A stretch of 62,323 nucleotides of DNA from a virus. Lineage: Duplodnaviria; Caudoviricetes. Of the stretch, positions 45,951-57,800 are shown piece after piece; position 1 is the first letter of the stretch, and each line of letters opens with the position of its first letter. The notes beneath the pieces are model-generated. The model was not told where the DNA came from and made no database searches. It saw only the letters and a program-made list of their open reading frames with translations. The stretch lies in IMG/VR virus record IMGVR_UViG_3300042898_000840, positions 1 to 62,323 of that record. The stretch is one strand, 5' to 3'. The translations under genes were made by a program, and so were the position numbers.

Positions 45951-48379
45951 TGGAGAAATTATCAGTTTCAATTTATCAATCACCCTTTCCAAACCAAATG
46001 GCTAGTGATGAAGAAAAGGCTACATTTGATTATGGTTTGAAAGTTGCGAAGTCAATTGAGGGTGAGTGGTTTAAACGTAAAGCTAATACATGTCGGTTCT
46101 ATGATCAATGGGGTGAATATCATCGTTTAAGATTATATGCAAGAGGTGAACAACCTATACAAAAATATAAGGACGAGTTGTCTGTAAATGGAGATATGTC
46201 TATGCTTAATTTAGACTGGACTCCAATTCCTATTATTCCAAAGTTCGTTGACATTGTAGTAAATGGGATGAATGATCGTCTTTTCACAATCAAAGCTGAA
46301 GCTCAAGATGTTATGTCTGCTGAGAAGAAAAACATATTTCAGGATATGATTGAAGCAGATATGGTTGCAAAGGATTTCTTGCAGATGACAAAAGATCAGT
46401 TTGGTATTGATGCTTTCAATGTTGACCCTGACGAGTTACCTGAGAATGATGAAGAGCTATCGTTATATATGCAAATGAAGTACAAGCCATCTATTGAGAT
46501 TGCTGAAGAGGTTGCTATTGATACGATTCTTAAAATGAATGAGTACCCTAAACTTAAAAAGTTAATTGATTACGATTTAACTGTTTTGGGTAAGGCTATT
46601 GCAAGACATACATTTTTAGTTAACGATGGATTGAAAGTTGATTATGTAGATCCTGCTAATTTTATTCATAGCTATACTGAGGAAAATGATTTCTCAGATT
46701 GCTACTATTTTGGTGAAGTTAAACAGGTTCATTACACTGAACTTTTAAAAATAAATCCAAATCTAACTGATGAACAATTAAAAGAAATTAGAAATGCTTC
46801 ATCAGCTTGGTATAGTTATTTTCCGATTATTCGTAATTACCAAGATGATGCTTTCTTAAATGAGGTTGTCACATTGCTTTACTTCAATTACAAGACTACT
46901 AAAAGATTTGTATGGAAGAAAAAAATTCTTGAGAATGGTGGTGAGCGAGTAATTAGAAAGAACGATACATTTAACCCTCCAGTAGAGGAAGGAATGATGT
47001 TCGAAAAAGTTGAAGCAGTTCGTGACGTTTGGTATGAAGGTATATTGGTAGGTGGATCAAATATCCTATTAAAATGGGATATGATGAAGAACATGGTTAG
47101 ACCTAAGTCAGCTACTCAAAAAGCACTTCCTAACTATGTCATGTTTGCACCTAGAATGTATAAAGGCAATACCGAGTCACTAGTTAGACGTATGATTCCT
47201 TTTGCTGATCAGATACAACTTACTCACTTAAAATTACAACAAGTAATGGCAAGAGTAGTTCCTGATGGTGTATTCATTGATGCTGATGGTATTAATGAAG
47301 TAGACCTTGGCACAGGAGCTGCGTATAATCCAGAGGATGCATTAAAGTTATATTTCCAAACTGGTAGTGTTATTGGTAGGAGTTACACGCAAGATGGTGA
47401 ATTTAATAATGCTCGTATTCCTATTCAAGAATTGAACTCAAACAGCGGTCAATCTAAAATGGCTGCATTGATAGGTAACTATAATCACTATCTAAATATG
47501 ATACGTGATGTGACTGGTATTAATGAGGTTCGAGATGGATCAACACCAAGTCCTGATGCATTGGTTGGTGTTCAGAAATTAGCTGCATTGAATTCAAACA
47601 CAGCTACACGCCACATATTAGAAGGTGGTCTAAATATTACTAGGAAGTTAGCTGAATGCTTATCAATACGTATTGCTGATATATTAGAGTACTCTGACTT
47701 TGCTGAAGAGTTTGCAATGCAGATAGGTAAATATAATGTTGCGATTCTTGATGACGTAAAAGAACTATATCTTTTTAATTTTGGTATATTTATTGAGTTA
47801 GCACCAGATGAAGAACAAAAGCAAATGTTGGAGGCAAATATTCAAGTATCATTACAACAACAGACAATTGACTTAGAAGACGCTATCGATATTAGAATGG
47901 TTAATAATATCAAGTTAGCTAACGAGTTACTTAAATTGAAAAGAAGAAAGAGAATAGAGCAGAAACAGAAAGAACAAGAGATGCAGTTTCAAATGCAGAT
48001 GCAAAGTAACATTCAATCTCAACAAGCTGCTTCTGAATCTAAGGCTCAATTGCTTCAGCTTGAGGCTCAATCTAAAATACAATTGAGAGAAGCTGAAATG
48101 AATTTCGCTGTTCAACAAATGCAAGCAGAGGCGGCTATTAAGGCTCAGTTGATGGATAGAGAGTTCCAGTACAATATGCAGTTAAAAGGTATTGAGACTG
48201 ATAACTTAATGAAGCGTGAAGAGAAGAAAGAAGAAGCTAAAGACAAGCGAGTTGATCTTCAGGCTACAAGACAGTCAGAGTTGATAAATCAAAGAAAAAA
48301 TAATTTACCACCATTGAACTTCGAAAGTTCAGAGGATTCATTGGATGGTTTTGACTTAGAATCATTTAGTCCTAAATAG
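45950..48379 (+). CDS. Portal protein
   Basis: 809 aa following terL; PIIPKFVD; Q-rich C-terminal coiled coil. Confidence 0.85.
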   Translation: MEKLSVSIYQSPFPNQMASDEEKATFDYGLKVAKSIEGEWFKRKANTCRFYDQWGEYHRLRLYARGEQPIQKYKDELSVNGDMSMLNLDWTPIPIIPKFVDIVVNGMNDRLFTIKAEAQDVMSAEKKNIFQDMIEADMVAKDFLQMTKDQFGIDAFNVDPDELPENDEELSLYMQMKYKPSIEIAEEVAIDTILKMNEYPKLKKLIDYDLTVLGKAIARHTFLVNDGLKVDYVDPANFIHSYTEENDFSDCYYFGEVKQVHYTELLKINPNLTDEQLKEIRNASSAWYSYFPIIRNYQDDAFLNEVVTLLYFNYKTTKRFVWKKKILENGGERVIRKNDTFNPPVEEGMMFEKVEAVRDVWYEGILVGGSNILLKWDMMKNMVRPKSATQKALPNYVMFAPRMYKGNTESLVRRMIPFADQIQLTHLKLQQVMARVVPDGVFIDADGINEVDLGTGAAYNPEDALKLYFQTGSVIGRSYTQDGEFNNARIPIQELNSNSGQSKMAALIGNYNHYLNMIRDVTGINEVRDGSTPSPDALVGVQKLAALNSNTATRHILEGGLNITRKLAECLSIRIADILEYSDFAEEFAMQIGKYNVAILDDVKELYLFNFGIFIELAPDEEQKQMLEANIQVSLQQQTIDLEDAIDIRMVNNIKLANELLKLKRRKRIEQKQKEQEMQFQMQMQSNIQSQQAASESKAQLLQLEAQSKIQLREAEMNFAVQQMQAEAAIKAQLMDREFQYNMQLKGIETDNLMKREEKKEEAKDKRVDLQATRQSELINQRKNNLPPLNFESSEDSLDGFDLESFSPK

Positions 48380-48380
48380 T

Positions 48381-48596
48381 ATGAGAAATAGTAAATTAAA
48401 GGTAAAACCTTATGGAAGCCTTGTTGCATCACCAACAAGTGGATACGATGCAAGTGCAGGAGCTACTATATCAAAAGGCCCATTGTCAGTTTCTGTAACT
48501 AGATCAAAGGGATCTGATTATCAAGCTGAAACTAATGTTGATGTTAACTTGTCATTTCCAATAACCAAGAAAGTTAAGATAAAACATAAACTATAA
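48381..48596 (+). CDS. Hypothetical protein
   Basis: ORF in operon. Confidence 0.55.
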   Translation: MRNSKLKVKPYGSLVASPTSGYDASAGATISKGPLSVSVTRSKGSDYQAETNVDVNLSFPITKKVKIKHKL

Positions 48597-48599
48597 TTT

Positions 48600-49241
48600 G
48601 TGGCATATATAGAACACAACTTTTTTCCTTTGAAAGTATTCGTAAGGAACGAATACATGTATCAATTTAAAAAAGGACATGGTGAATTTACTGAAGGTGT
48701 AATAATTTCAGTAAGATGTATGCCAGGACAAGCAGCATTGTTTCAAGTATTGCTTGATAATGGTGTTATGAGAGATAAGCTGCCTAGTCATGCTTTATTG
48801 ACTGAAGCTGAGTTGCCTGATCCAGACTTACCATTCCACTACTTACAGATATGGAATTGTTTTAGCTATCGTTTTACGTTAACACAACTATCTTATGTGT
48901 ATGACACAAATGTTGATGTGTATATGAAAGACAGGAAATGGTATAAGGGTAATTATTATGCTACAATTAATTGGGGATCTAATGATATAAATACTGATAT
49001 AACATTAGCTGAAGATCCACTAGAGCATAAGTCACATCATATTATATTACTTGAGAATGGTCAGATAGCACTACAACCAAATAATAGAGTACGTTGGTCT
49101 GAGCCATCATTTGTTACTAAAGAGTTTCCATCCAAGCCTGACTACTTAGTTAACAAGGCTTGGTTTAATTGTGAAGGTTTTGACAAGTGGCATACTGAGG
49201 ATTCAGATGCTATGTTTTATGACAATACAGATGCTGATTAA
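48600..49241 (+). CDS. Conserved hypothetical phage protein
   Basis: FVRNEY...DKLP...QIWNCFS...EHK..H...QPNNR. Confidence 0.75.
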   Translation: MAYIEHNFFPLKVFVRNEYMYQFKKGHGEFTEGVIISVRCMPGQAALFQVLLDNGVMRDKLPSHALLTEAELPDPDLPFHYLQIWNCFSYRFTLTQLSYVYDTNVDVYMKDRKWYKGNYYATINWGSNDINTDITLAEDPLEHKSHHIILLENGQIALQPNNRVRWSEPSFVTKEFPSKPDYLVNKAWFNCEGFDKWHTEDSDAMFYDNTDAD

Positions 49242-49421
49242 TCGGAGTTTTTCCGATTATTTACTTGCCAAATTGCATGAATTTTTCCAGATTTGGCAAC
49301 TGAATAACAGCCAAAACTTCAAAAAAATAGTTGTTTTGGCTCTCATTAATACAAAAATAAAGCTCAATATATTAGCTATTTGAGCCATATTTATATGCTT
49401 TTGCATAATATATTAGCTATT
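49239..49421. repeat. Cluster of five different inverted repeats
   Basis: taatcgga/tccgatta; ttgccaaat/atttggcaa; agccaaaac/gttttggct; gctcaa/ttgagc; tatgc/gcata. Confidence 0.8.
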
Positions 49422-49454
49422 ATTATCGTTTTATATGTTATAAAATATAATTAT

Positions 49455-49462
49455 TATCTTTG
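49455..49462 (+). promoter_or_regulatory. TAnnTTTG promoter box for the scaffold/capsid genes
   Basis: TATCTTTG 20 nt before ATG 49483. Confidence 0.65.
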
Positions 49463-49482
49463 TAAAAAATAAATAAAATAAA

Positions 49483-50592
49483 ATGGAAGGTGAATTTAAA
49501 GTAAGGGCAGTAGATTTCGAAGAAAAGTCTGTTGCTGAAGTAGAAGAACAGCTACTTAAAGAGCACGAAGAAAAGACAGGTTTAGTCTCTACAGATGAAC
49601 CACCTGTTGACAAGGTGGTTATTGAAGATACACCACCTGTAGTTGAACCTCAAGAGATTGAGATAGACGACAATAAAGTTCTTTCATATATTGGAAAAAG
49701 ATATAATAAAGAGATTGGTAATCTTGATGAATTATTTGAACAACGTTCAAGTAATGAGGATTTAGATCCAGAGGTTGCCACATATCTTAAATATAAAAAA
49801 GAGACTGGTCGTGGAATTGAGGACTTTATGAAGTTAAATAAAGACTATGATTCTATGGATCAGGATCAATTGCTTTTTGAGTATCGTAAGAATCAAGATA
49901 AAGATCTTGATATTGACGATATTAAATTCGATCTTGAAACTCAGTTTGGATATGATTCAGACTATGAAGATGAGAAAGAGATTAAGAAAAAGCAGTTGGC
50001 TAAGAAAAAAGAACTCACTAAAGCTAAGGATTATTTCAACAGCTTGAAAGAACAGTATAAAGTTCCTCTTGAGTCAAGAGAATCTTTTGTTCCTCAAGAA
50101 GAGAAAGAGACCTATGAGGCTTATAAGAGTTATAAACAAGCTACAACTCAAGCGGAGGAAGAGCAAGTGAAAAGGTCAAAGTATTTTGCTGACAAAACTT
50201 CTGAGTTATTCTCTGAAAAGTTCGAAGGTTTCGGATTTAGTTTAGATGAGAATAAAAAATTAGTTTACAAACCAGCAGAATCACCAGACTTACTGAAAGA
50301 GCAATCAAATCTTCAGAACTTTGTATCAAAGTTTTTGAATGATGAAGGTTATCTAAAGGATGCTGAATCTTTCCATCGTGCTATTGCAGTGGCTTCGAAT
50401 CCAGAGAAGTTTGCCAAATTCTTCTACGAGAAGGGTATGTCAGATGCGGTTGGCGATGTTGCTAAAGAGTCTAAAAATATAGACATGACTCGGCAAGCAA
50501 CACAAGTTCCACCAGCTCAAGGTTTCAGAGTTACAGCTATAGATGACGATCGTGGCAACAGATTAGTAATTAGAAACAAAAACAAAAACTAA
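49483..50592 (+). CDS. Probable capsid scaffolding protein
   Basis: Acidic, coiled-coil; immediately before the capsid gene. Confidence 0.7.
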   Translation: MEGEFKVRAVDFEEKSVAEVEEQLLKEHEEKTGLVSTDEPPVDKVVIEDTPPVVEPQEIEIDDNKVLSYIGKRYNKEIGNLDELFEQRSSNEDLDPEVATYLKYKKETGRGIEDFMKLNKDYDSMDQDQLLFEYRKNQDKDLDIDDIKFDLETQFGYDSDYEDEKEIKKKQLAKKKELTKAKDYFNSLKEQYKVPLESRESFVPQEEKETYEAYKSYKQATTQAEEEQVKRSKYFADKTSELFSEKFEGFGFSLDENKKLVYKPAESPDLLKEQSNLQNFVSKFLNDEGYLKDAESFHRAIAVASNPEKFAKFFYEKGMSDAVGDVAKESKNIDMTRQATQVPPAQGFRVTAIDDDRGNRLVIRNKNKN

Positions 50593-50599
50593 AAAAAAA

Positions 50600-52006
50600 A
50601 TGGCTGGTACATTACAAGCGAGTCCTGGTGTTGCAATTACACCTAGCTCAGTGAAGGCAACATTGCCTACAAACTACATTACAAACTTTAACTTCTTGAA
50701 TCAGTATCTTCCTGATACTTATGAGCAAGAATTTGAGCGTTATGGTAACCGATCTATCGCATCTTTCTTGCGTATGGTTGGTGCTGAACTTCCTTCTAAC
50801 TCTGACTTAATTAAGTGGGCTGAGCAAGGTCGTTTGCATACTAAGTATACTGGAGTAGCAACTACAGGAGCAGTTTCTTCTGGTGTTCAAACATTTGACA
50901 TTGGGTCAGGAACATGTGTATTTAGAGTTGGTCAAACAGTTATTTTATCATCTGCTAGTGCTAATAAACTACAGAAAGGTATTATTACTGCTACACCTTC
51001 TGGTAACCCAGATCAATTTACTGTAGCATACTATACTGCTTCTACTGACTCTCCTGGATTTGCTCACACGACTTCTGATATTATCGCATTTGTTTACGGT
51101 TCTGAATTCAAAAAAGGATCTAACGGAATGCAAGGTTCTTTGGAAGCTGAAGATAGCTTCTTTGAAGTATCTCCTATTATCATCAAAGATAAGTATACTG
51201 TATCTGGTTCGGACATGGCTCAAATCGGATGGGTAGAGGTAACAACTGAGAACGGAGCTACTGGTTATTTGTGGTATATGAAATCAGAGCATGAGACTCG
51301 TCTACGTTTTGAGGATTATCTTGAAATGGCAATGGTGGAAGGTGTGCCTGCTGGTTCAGGTTCAGGTGTTGTTGGATTAACAACTGGTGACTTAGGTAAC
51401 AAAGGAACTCAAGGTTTATTTAACTCTATTGAAACTAGAGGAAATGTATGGTCTGGTGGTAATCCATCTGCTTTATCTGACTTCGATACTATCGTACAAC
51501 GTCTTGACAAGCAAGGAGCTATCGCTGAAAACGCATTGTTCTTGAATCGTCAGTTCTCTTTCGATATCGATGATATGTTGGCTGCTCAAAACTCTTATGG
51601 AGTTGGTGGAACATCTTACGGTTTATTCGATAACAGCGAGCAAATGGCTTTGAACCTTGGATTCACAGGATTCCGTAGAGGTTATGAGTTCTACAAAACT
51701 GACTGGAAATATCTTAACGATGCTACTCTTCGTGGTGGTCTAGTTGGTGGAGCTGTAAACGGAGTATTAGTTCCTGCTGGTACAACTACAGTTTATGACC
51801 AAGTTCTTGGTAAAAACGCAAAACGTCCATTCTTACACGTTCGTTTCCGAGCTTCTGAAACTGAAAACAGACGTTACAAAACTTGGATGACTGGTTCTGC
51901 TGGTGGTGCTGCAACTAGCGATCTTGATGCAATGGAGGTTAACTTCTTGTCTGAAAGAGCTCTTTGTACACTTGGTGCAAACAACTTCTTTATCTTCAAA
52001 GGATAA
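50600..52006 (+). CDS. Major capsid protein
   Basis: 468 aa; position; biased high-expression codons; WAEQGRLH; followed by a terminator. Confidence 0.85.
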   Translation: MAGTLQASPGVAITPSSVKATLPTNYITNFNFLNQYLPDTYEQEFERYGNRSIASFLRMVGAELPSNSDLIKWAEQGRLHTKYTGVATTGAVSSGVQTFDIGSGTCVFRVGQTVILSSASANKLQKGIITATPSGNPDQFTVAYYTASTDSPGFAHTTSDIIAFVYGSEFKKGSNGMQGSLEAEDSFFEVSPIIIKDKYTVSGSDMAQIGWVEVTTENGATGYLWYMKSEHETRLRFEDYLEMAMVEGVPAGSGSGVVGLTTGDLGNKGTQGLFNSIETRGNVWSGGNPSALSDFDTIVQRLDKQGAIAENALFLNRQFSFDIDDMLAAQNSYGVGGTSYGLFDNSEQMALNLGFTGFRRGYEFYKTDWKYLNDATLRGGLVGGAVNGVLVPAGTTTVYDQVLGKNAKRPFLHVRFRASETENRRYKTWMTGSAGGAATSDLDAMEVNFLSERALCTLGANNFFIFKG

Positions 52007-52016
52007 GAATAAATAC

Positions 52017-52046
52017 AGAGAGGGTGTAAAAGCCCTCTCTATTTTT
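52017..52046 (+). terminator. Intrinsic terminator
   Basis: agagaggg/ccctctct hairpin followed by a T-run. Confidence 0.75.
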
Positions 52047-52067
52047 TAAAAATTTAAATTATATAAA

Positions 52068-52847
52068 ATGGAAAAGTTAAAAATTAATAGAGTAAATCTA
52101 GAACCGAAAGACAGAACTTATATTCTGCGAAACAATCAATCTCCTTTGTCTTATTATATAGCTTCAAAGGATACACCTAGACAACGTTTACTTTACTATT
52201 GTGAAGAAACAAATACAAATCATCCACTTCGTTACGCTCGTAATTCAAATAGTCCTTTTCAGGAAGAGCAAGATCAAAATGTAATTGTTGAACCAATTGT
52301 TTTCGAAGATGGTGTTTTAACAGTACCTAGAACAAATCCTGTTTTACAACAATTTTTGCATTACCACCCAAGAAATGGAAGTGAATTTTTTGAATTTGAC
52401 AACGAAAGAGATGCTGAAGAAGATATTCAATCAATGCACTCTGAGCTTGATGCACAGTTGGCCGCTAGAGATTTGGCTGCAAATGACTTTAATACATTAG
52501 AAGCAGTTGCTCGTATTTTAGTAGGTGGTCAAGTTGATAAAATGAGTAGTGCTGAGATTAAGAGAGATATGATGATTTACGCAAAAAGATATCCAGAAGA
52601 TTTCTTGGAAGCTGTAAATGATCCATCTTTAAAAATAAACAATATTGCTGCTAGAGCTATTTCTGATGGTTATTTAGCATTGAGAAATAATGGAAAGGAT
52701 TTATATTTCAATTTAAAAGAAAACAAAAAGAAATTGCTTACAATTCCATTTGGTGCTAATGCTGCATCTGTTTTATCTTCATATTTGCATTCAGATGAGG
52801 GTGTTGAGTTATATCAATTCCTAGAAGATAAGTTATCAAATAATTAG
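52068..52847 (+). CDS. Conserved morphogenesis-region protein
   Basis: 259-aa ORF after the capsid gene. Confidence 0.7.
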   Translation: MEKLKINRVNLEPKDRTYILRNNQSPLSYYIASKDTPRQRLLYYCEETNTNHPLRYARNSNSPFQEEQDQNVIVEPIVFEDGVLTVPRTNPVLQQFLHYHPRNGSEFFEFDNERDAEEDIQSMHSELDAQLAARDLAANDFNTLEAVARILVGGQVDKMSSAEIKRDMMIYAKRYPEDFLEAVNDPSLKINNIAARAISDGYLALRNNGKDLYFNLKENKKKLLTIPFGANAASVLSSYLHSDEGVELYQFLEDKLSNN

Positions 52848-52886
52848 TATATTTGTACTATTACTAACCCATTAAATTTTTAAAAA

Positions 52887-53183
52887 ATGGAAAAATTTAT
52901 CAGCGTTCCTAATAGTTTAGGAGCAAATCAATTAATCTCTGTTACGAATATAGTAGGTGTATTCGCAGGTACGGCAGCTACAAATACTGCAACTGCGGCA
53001 AATACAGTAATTATGTATCAAGGAGGAAAAGTTGTTACATTGTTTCATGCGGCTCAAACTGCATTTAACATGCGTAACGCTATTCAAGATGCAATTAATA
53101 ACGCATTAGTAACATCTTGGACACATCCTGTATATGTAATACCTTCATTACCTATTTCTGTAACAGCTATTACAGCAGCTTAA
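52887..53183 (+). CDS. Small probable virion protein
   Basis: A/T/N-rich; has its own TATATTTG box (52848) and terminator. Confidence 0.65.
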   Translation: MEKFISVPNSLGANQLISVTNIVGVFAGTAATNTATAANTVIMYQGGKVVTLFHAAQTAFNMRNAIQDAINNALVTSWTHPVYVIPSLPISVTAITAA

Positions 53184-53207
53184 TAAGCAATCAAACTAGA
53201 AAGGAAG

Positions 53208-53234
53208 AGGCACTTATTGTAAGTGCCTTTTTTT
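53208..53234 (+). terminator. Intrinsic terminator
   Basis: aggcactta/taagtgcct followed by a T-run. Confidence 0.75.
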
Positions 53235-53250
53235 ATTTATCTTTGTAAGT

Positions 53251-53961
53251 ATGATAAACGAAGTTAGAAATACAGTTCTGTCTATACTAGCAAAAGACAA
53301 TCGAGGATATATTACTCCATTTGAGTTTAATCTATATGCTAAGCAAGCACAACTAGAAGTATTTGAACGATATATCTATCTGTATAGCAATGCTATGATT
53401 AAGCAGAATCAAAGAGCACATGGTGAGGGCTATTCAGATGTACCTAAAAAACTATCTGAAGTTCTAGATACATTTTATAAGGTTGATTCATTGGTTTATG
53501 ATGCTCCATATTTTGAAGCACCATCAGACAGCTATTTTATTCAGAAGTTAGTACTTAACAATAAGGAGATAGAGAAAGTAAGTCAACAGAAAATACTAAT
53601 GTTGCTATCATCTAACTTGACTGCACCATCGGTTGCTTATCCTGTCTATACATTGATGGATAATGATGGTACAACTACATCAAGAGCTAACTTTACGGTT
53701 TATCCTGACACTATTATAGCAAATGTTAATGCTCATTATTTAAGGTATCCAAAAGAACCTAAGTGGACATATACTTCTGTTGGTGGCGATCCATTGTTCG
53801 ATCAATCTGCTAATGACTATCAAGACTTTGAAATGCCGTTAAGTGATTTCTCTGACTTGGTTGTTAAGATATTGCAGTACGCAGGTGTATCGATAAGAGA
53901 ACAAGAAGTTATTGCAGCAGCTAAGACTGAGGAATTACAAGAAATACAACAAAAACAATAA
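53251..53961 (+). CDS. Tail adaptor/ring protein
   Basis: GYITPFEFN..AKQAQ...YLRYPKEPKW; position. Confidence 0.65.
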   Translation: MINEVRNTVLSILAKDNRGYITPFEFNLYAKQAQLEVFERYIYLYSNAMIKQNQRAHGEGYSDVPKKLSEVLDTFYKVDSLVYDAPYFEAPSDSYFIQKLVLNNKEIEKVSQQKILMLLSSNLTAPSVAYPVYTLMDNDGTTTSRANFTVYPDTIIANVNAHYLRYPKEPKWTYTSVGGDPLFDQSANDYQDFEMPLSDFSDLVVKILQYAGVSIREQEVIAAAKTEELQEIQQKQ

Positions 53962-53964
53962 TAA

Positions 53965-54873
53965 ATGGCATACATTACTAACTATCAATATTATACTAAT
54001 AATGGTGTAATACCTGAGGATACGAACTGGGGTTCATATCAATATGTTAGCCTTGCTGATATAGTGAATAACTTTATGCTTATGTATGTTGGCAACGATA
54101 AACTTGTCAATAATGTCGAGCGTTATAATGTCTTGTTTCATGCAAAGAGAGCTATTCAAGAGCTTAACTATGATGCATTGAGAAATATCAAGGTACTTGA
54201 GTTACATTTAGATGATAGCTTAAAGATGGTATTACCTCCTGACTATGTTAACTATGTAAGGATATCATTACTTCGACAAGGAGTGTTGTTGCAGTTAACT
54301 GAAAACAGAACAATACTATCAGCTACGGCATACTTGCAAGATAACGACTATAACATTATTTTTGATTTAAATGGAGAGGTTGTTACAGGTACTTCTAAGG
54401 TTGATATGATGAGACTTGATAAGCAACTTTACACAGGTCCTGGACCTTACAATGGTGCTTATGGATGGAATTATAATGGCGAATGGTACTTTGGATACAA
54501 TATGGGTGGACGTTATGGTCTAGCTACTGACGAAGCTAACCGAAATCCTAAATTTACTATAAACAAAGCTGCTGGTGTAATTGATTTTTCTAGTGGCGTT
54601 GAAGATGGGTATATTGTTCTTGAGTACATTTCAGACGGAATGGAAAATGGTGATGATTCTCTCATCACAATCAACAAATTAGCTGAGGAATACATCTACA
54701 ATTATTTAAAGTGGGCTATATTAAGCAATAAGACTATGGTGCAAGAATATCTTGTTAATAGAGTTCAAAAAGCTAAAACAGCATCACTACGAAACACAAA
54801 AATAAGATTAAGTAATTTACATCCAGCAAGACTACTTATGTCATTGAGAGGTCGTGATAAAATTATAAAATAA
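53965..54873 (+). CDS. Tail ring/structural protein
   Basis: LPPDYVNYVR..., LEYISDG; position. Confidence 0.65.
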   Translation: MAYITNYQYYTNNGVIPEDTNWGSYQYVSLADIVNNFMLMYVGNDKLVNNVERYNVLFHAKRAIQELNYDALRNIKVLELHLDDSLKMVLPPDYVNYVRISLLRQGVLLQLTENRTILSATAYLQDNDYNIIFDLNGEVVTGTSKVDMMRLDKQLYTGPGPYNGAYGWNYNGEWYFGYNMGGRYGLATDEANRNPKFTINKAAGVIDFSSGVEDGYIVLEYISDGMENGDDSLITINKLAEEYIYNYLKWAILSNKTMVQEYLVNRVQKAKTASLRNTKIRLSNLHPARLLMSLRGRDKIIK

Positions 54874-57800
54874 TGGAATTAAAAAAGACTTTTATTGCAG
54901 GTAAGATGAATAAGGATCTTGATGAGAGACTTGTTCCAGATGGTGAATTTATCGATGCATTAAATGTTACTATTGACACAACGTCAGGATCTAATATAGG
55001 TGCTGTATCGAACTCACTTGGCAATACATTAGTGACTGATATACAGCAATTGATTGAGGATAGAGGTGTAGTGTATGTTGGTTCTAATGCCAAGACAATC
55101 GGAGCTGTTACTTATGAGGCTGACAACTTGATATATTGGTTAGTAACTAGTGATAACTTTGATGCTATATTTGAGTATAGTGAGGTATTTCAGTTGACTA
55201 CTATAGTATTATTATGTACTAATGGTCAACTTAATTTTAGTAAGAACTATCCTGTAACTGGTATTAATTTCATTCCTGCATCTAAAGGTGAAGGTCCTTT
55301 TATATATTGGACAGACGGATTAAATCCTCCAAGAAGAATAAATGTATCAAGATGTAAAGGCTATACGACTGACGATCCTAGAATAGATGATGACATAGAC
55401 GTTATACTTAGACCGCCTTTATATAGTCCTAAGATTGATTTGTCTTTTGACACTTCTATTGACACATCAAACAATATACAAGATAAATTTATTTATTTCT
55501 CATATCGTTTTAAATACAAGGACAGTCAATATAGTTCATTATCTCCATTTTCAGCTGTAGCTTTTAATGCTGAAAGATATTCATATGATTATAAAACTGG
55601 TGATAATAAGGGTATGTTTAACAGATATAATAAAGTTGACGTAACATTTGATACTGGTAGTGAATTTGTTGAAGAGATACAAGTACTTTATTTTGATACA
55701 TATAAACTTAATGTTTATATAGTTGACAATTATAATAAATCAGATACACCAATATCTGATGACTCTAAATACACAATAACATTTTCAGCTAATAAAATAT
55801 ATACACCATTAGAATCAAGTGAAGTAACTAGACTATTTGACAATGTTCCACTAACAGCTAAAGCTCAAGAGATAATAGGTAATAGGTTAGTTTATGGCAA
55901 TTATGTTCAGTTTAGAGATATTGTTAATACTAATGGTATTAAAATAATACCTAATTATTCATTAGAATTAGAATCAGAAGGTGTACTTTTAGGTTGGTAT
56001 GGTACTAAAACTTTCAGAAGTGACAGAAACTATGAAATAGGTGTAATATATACTGATGAATATGGTCGAATGACTACTGCATTAACTAGTAAAACAAATA
56101 CATTATATATACCACCAGCTAATTCAAGTACAGCTAATTCAATAAAATTAACATTAAATAATGAACCACCATATTGGGCTACTAATTATAGATTTGCAAT
56201 AAAGCAATCACAAGGAGATTACTATAATATATTTCCTAGAATGATGGTTATTGATGGGGATTTTAGATATTTTTTAATTAATGAATCTGACAGAGATAAA
56301 ATAACAATTGCAGGATATATTATATTTAAAACAATAGCAAATCTACCAACTCATTATAATAAAGAATTTAAAGTACTCGAACTTGAATATAAACAAGTAG
56401 CATCACCTTTTACAATTGAAGGATTATATTTTAAAATAAAAGCTGATGATAGTGATACATTTTTAAATAATACAGCATTAAATATAAATACATTTCAATC
56501 AATTGGAAGAGGACCAAGAACACACAATAATATATGTTGTGTAGATGATCCAGATACTCCAAACGCATTAATAAATAAATTTAGTTATGTAAATACAACA
56601 CCTATATATTATTCTATATCAGGCGACACTACACTACCATTACCAAATCCTGCTATTTATGCCAATCCATATGTAGGTAATGAATCTCAATCTGATAGAA
56701 GAATAGCTATAAAAATTGTATCAGCTACTCAATTTCAATATACAGATAATGTAGATTTATCAGGATGGTCTGCTTCTATAACAATACCATCTACGCCTTA
56801 TACATTAACAATAGCAGATACCACAATAGTTCTTAATTTTGATACAAATGGAACAAATCCAAATATTCAATATACTATTGGAGATATATTTATTTTTAAT
56901 GTAAGAGGTTACAATCCAATAGGATTTACAGGAACTCCATATAACCCTATTAATAATTATGGATTATGGTATAATAATGTAATAGACATTGCTCCTGATT
57001 TAATAACAGGAATTATAAGTTATGGCGGTCACGCTGTTGTAGATACATATGGACCTATTTATCAAGGAGCAACTATAGAAATAGAAATAATTGAAGATGG
57101 ACAGCCTAGTTCTGGAGACAGAAGTTCATTTATGTCTTTAACTTCAACTAAATATTATCAAAATCTTGAAGAATGGTTTTGGAAAGATGGAGCTTATTTG
57201 TCATTTACTCAATGGAGTGATTTTACTGGAGGCACAGATATAGGTCCTGAAACGGTAATATTTAGAGAAGCTATAAATTATGAAAATCAAACTTTAACCC
57301 CTCCTTGTTCACCCCCATCATCTGCTTTTACAACAAATGTAATTGAACAAAATAATTTATCTACATCAAGGTTGTATATGTTAATAAGAGGTTTTGGTGA
57401 GGTAGGCCCTGGAATTGACATGCTTTCATGTGAGCGAAATCAAATAGAATTAAGAATAACAATAAGTCAACAATATGATAACCCTTCGTTATCTATAGAA
57501 ACAGTTCCGTTAATATCAGACATTGATATATTTTACGAAATGCGTAAGACATATCGTATAGAAGGAGGTAATCATATGGTGTCTTGGCCTTACGCTGATT
57601 ACACTGATGCTAGTGTTGTATTTCCACTAGAGATATCAATTGCTAATAAAACAGTTCTTGGCCCATTAGATCCAAATGCTCCTACTTCAACTGATTTGAT
57701 GCATTCATTTAATGTTGGGGAAAAAGTTTGGGTTCAAAACTCAGATACAACTCCGCCAATATTAGGGCCAGTTAGCGGATATTATGATATATTGTACGTA

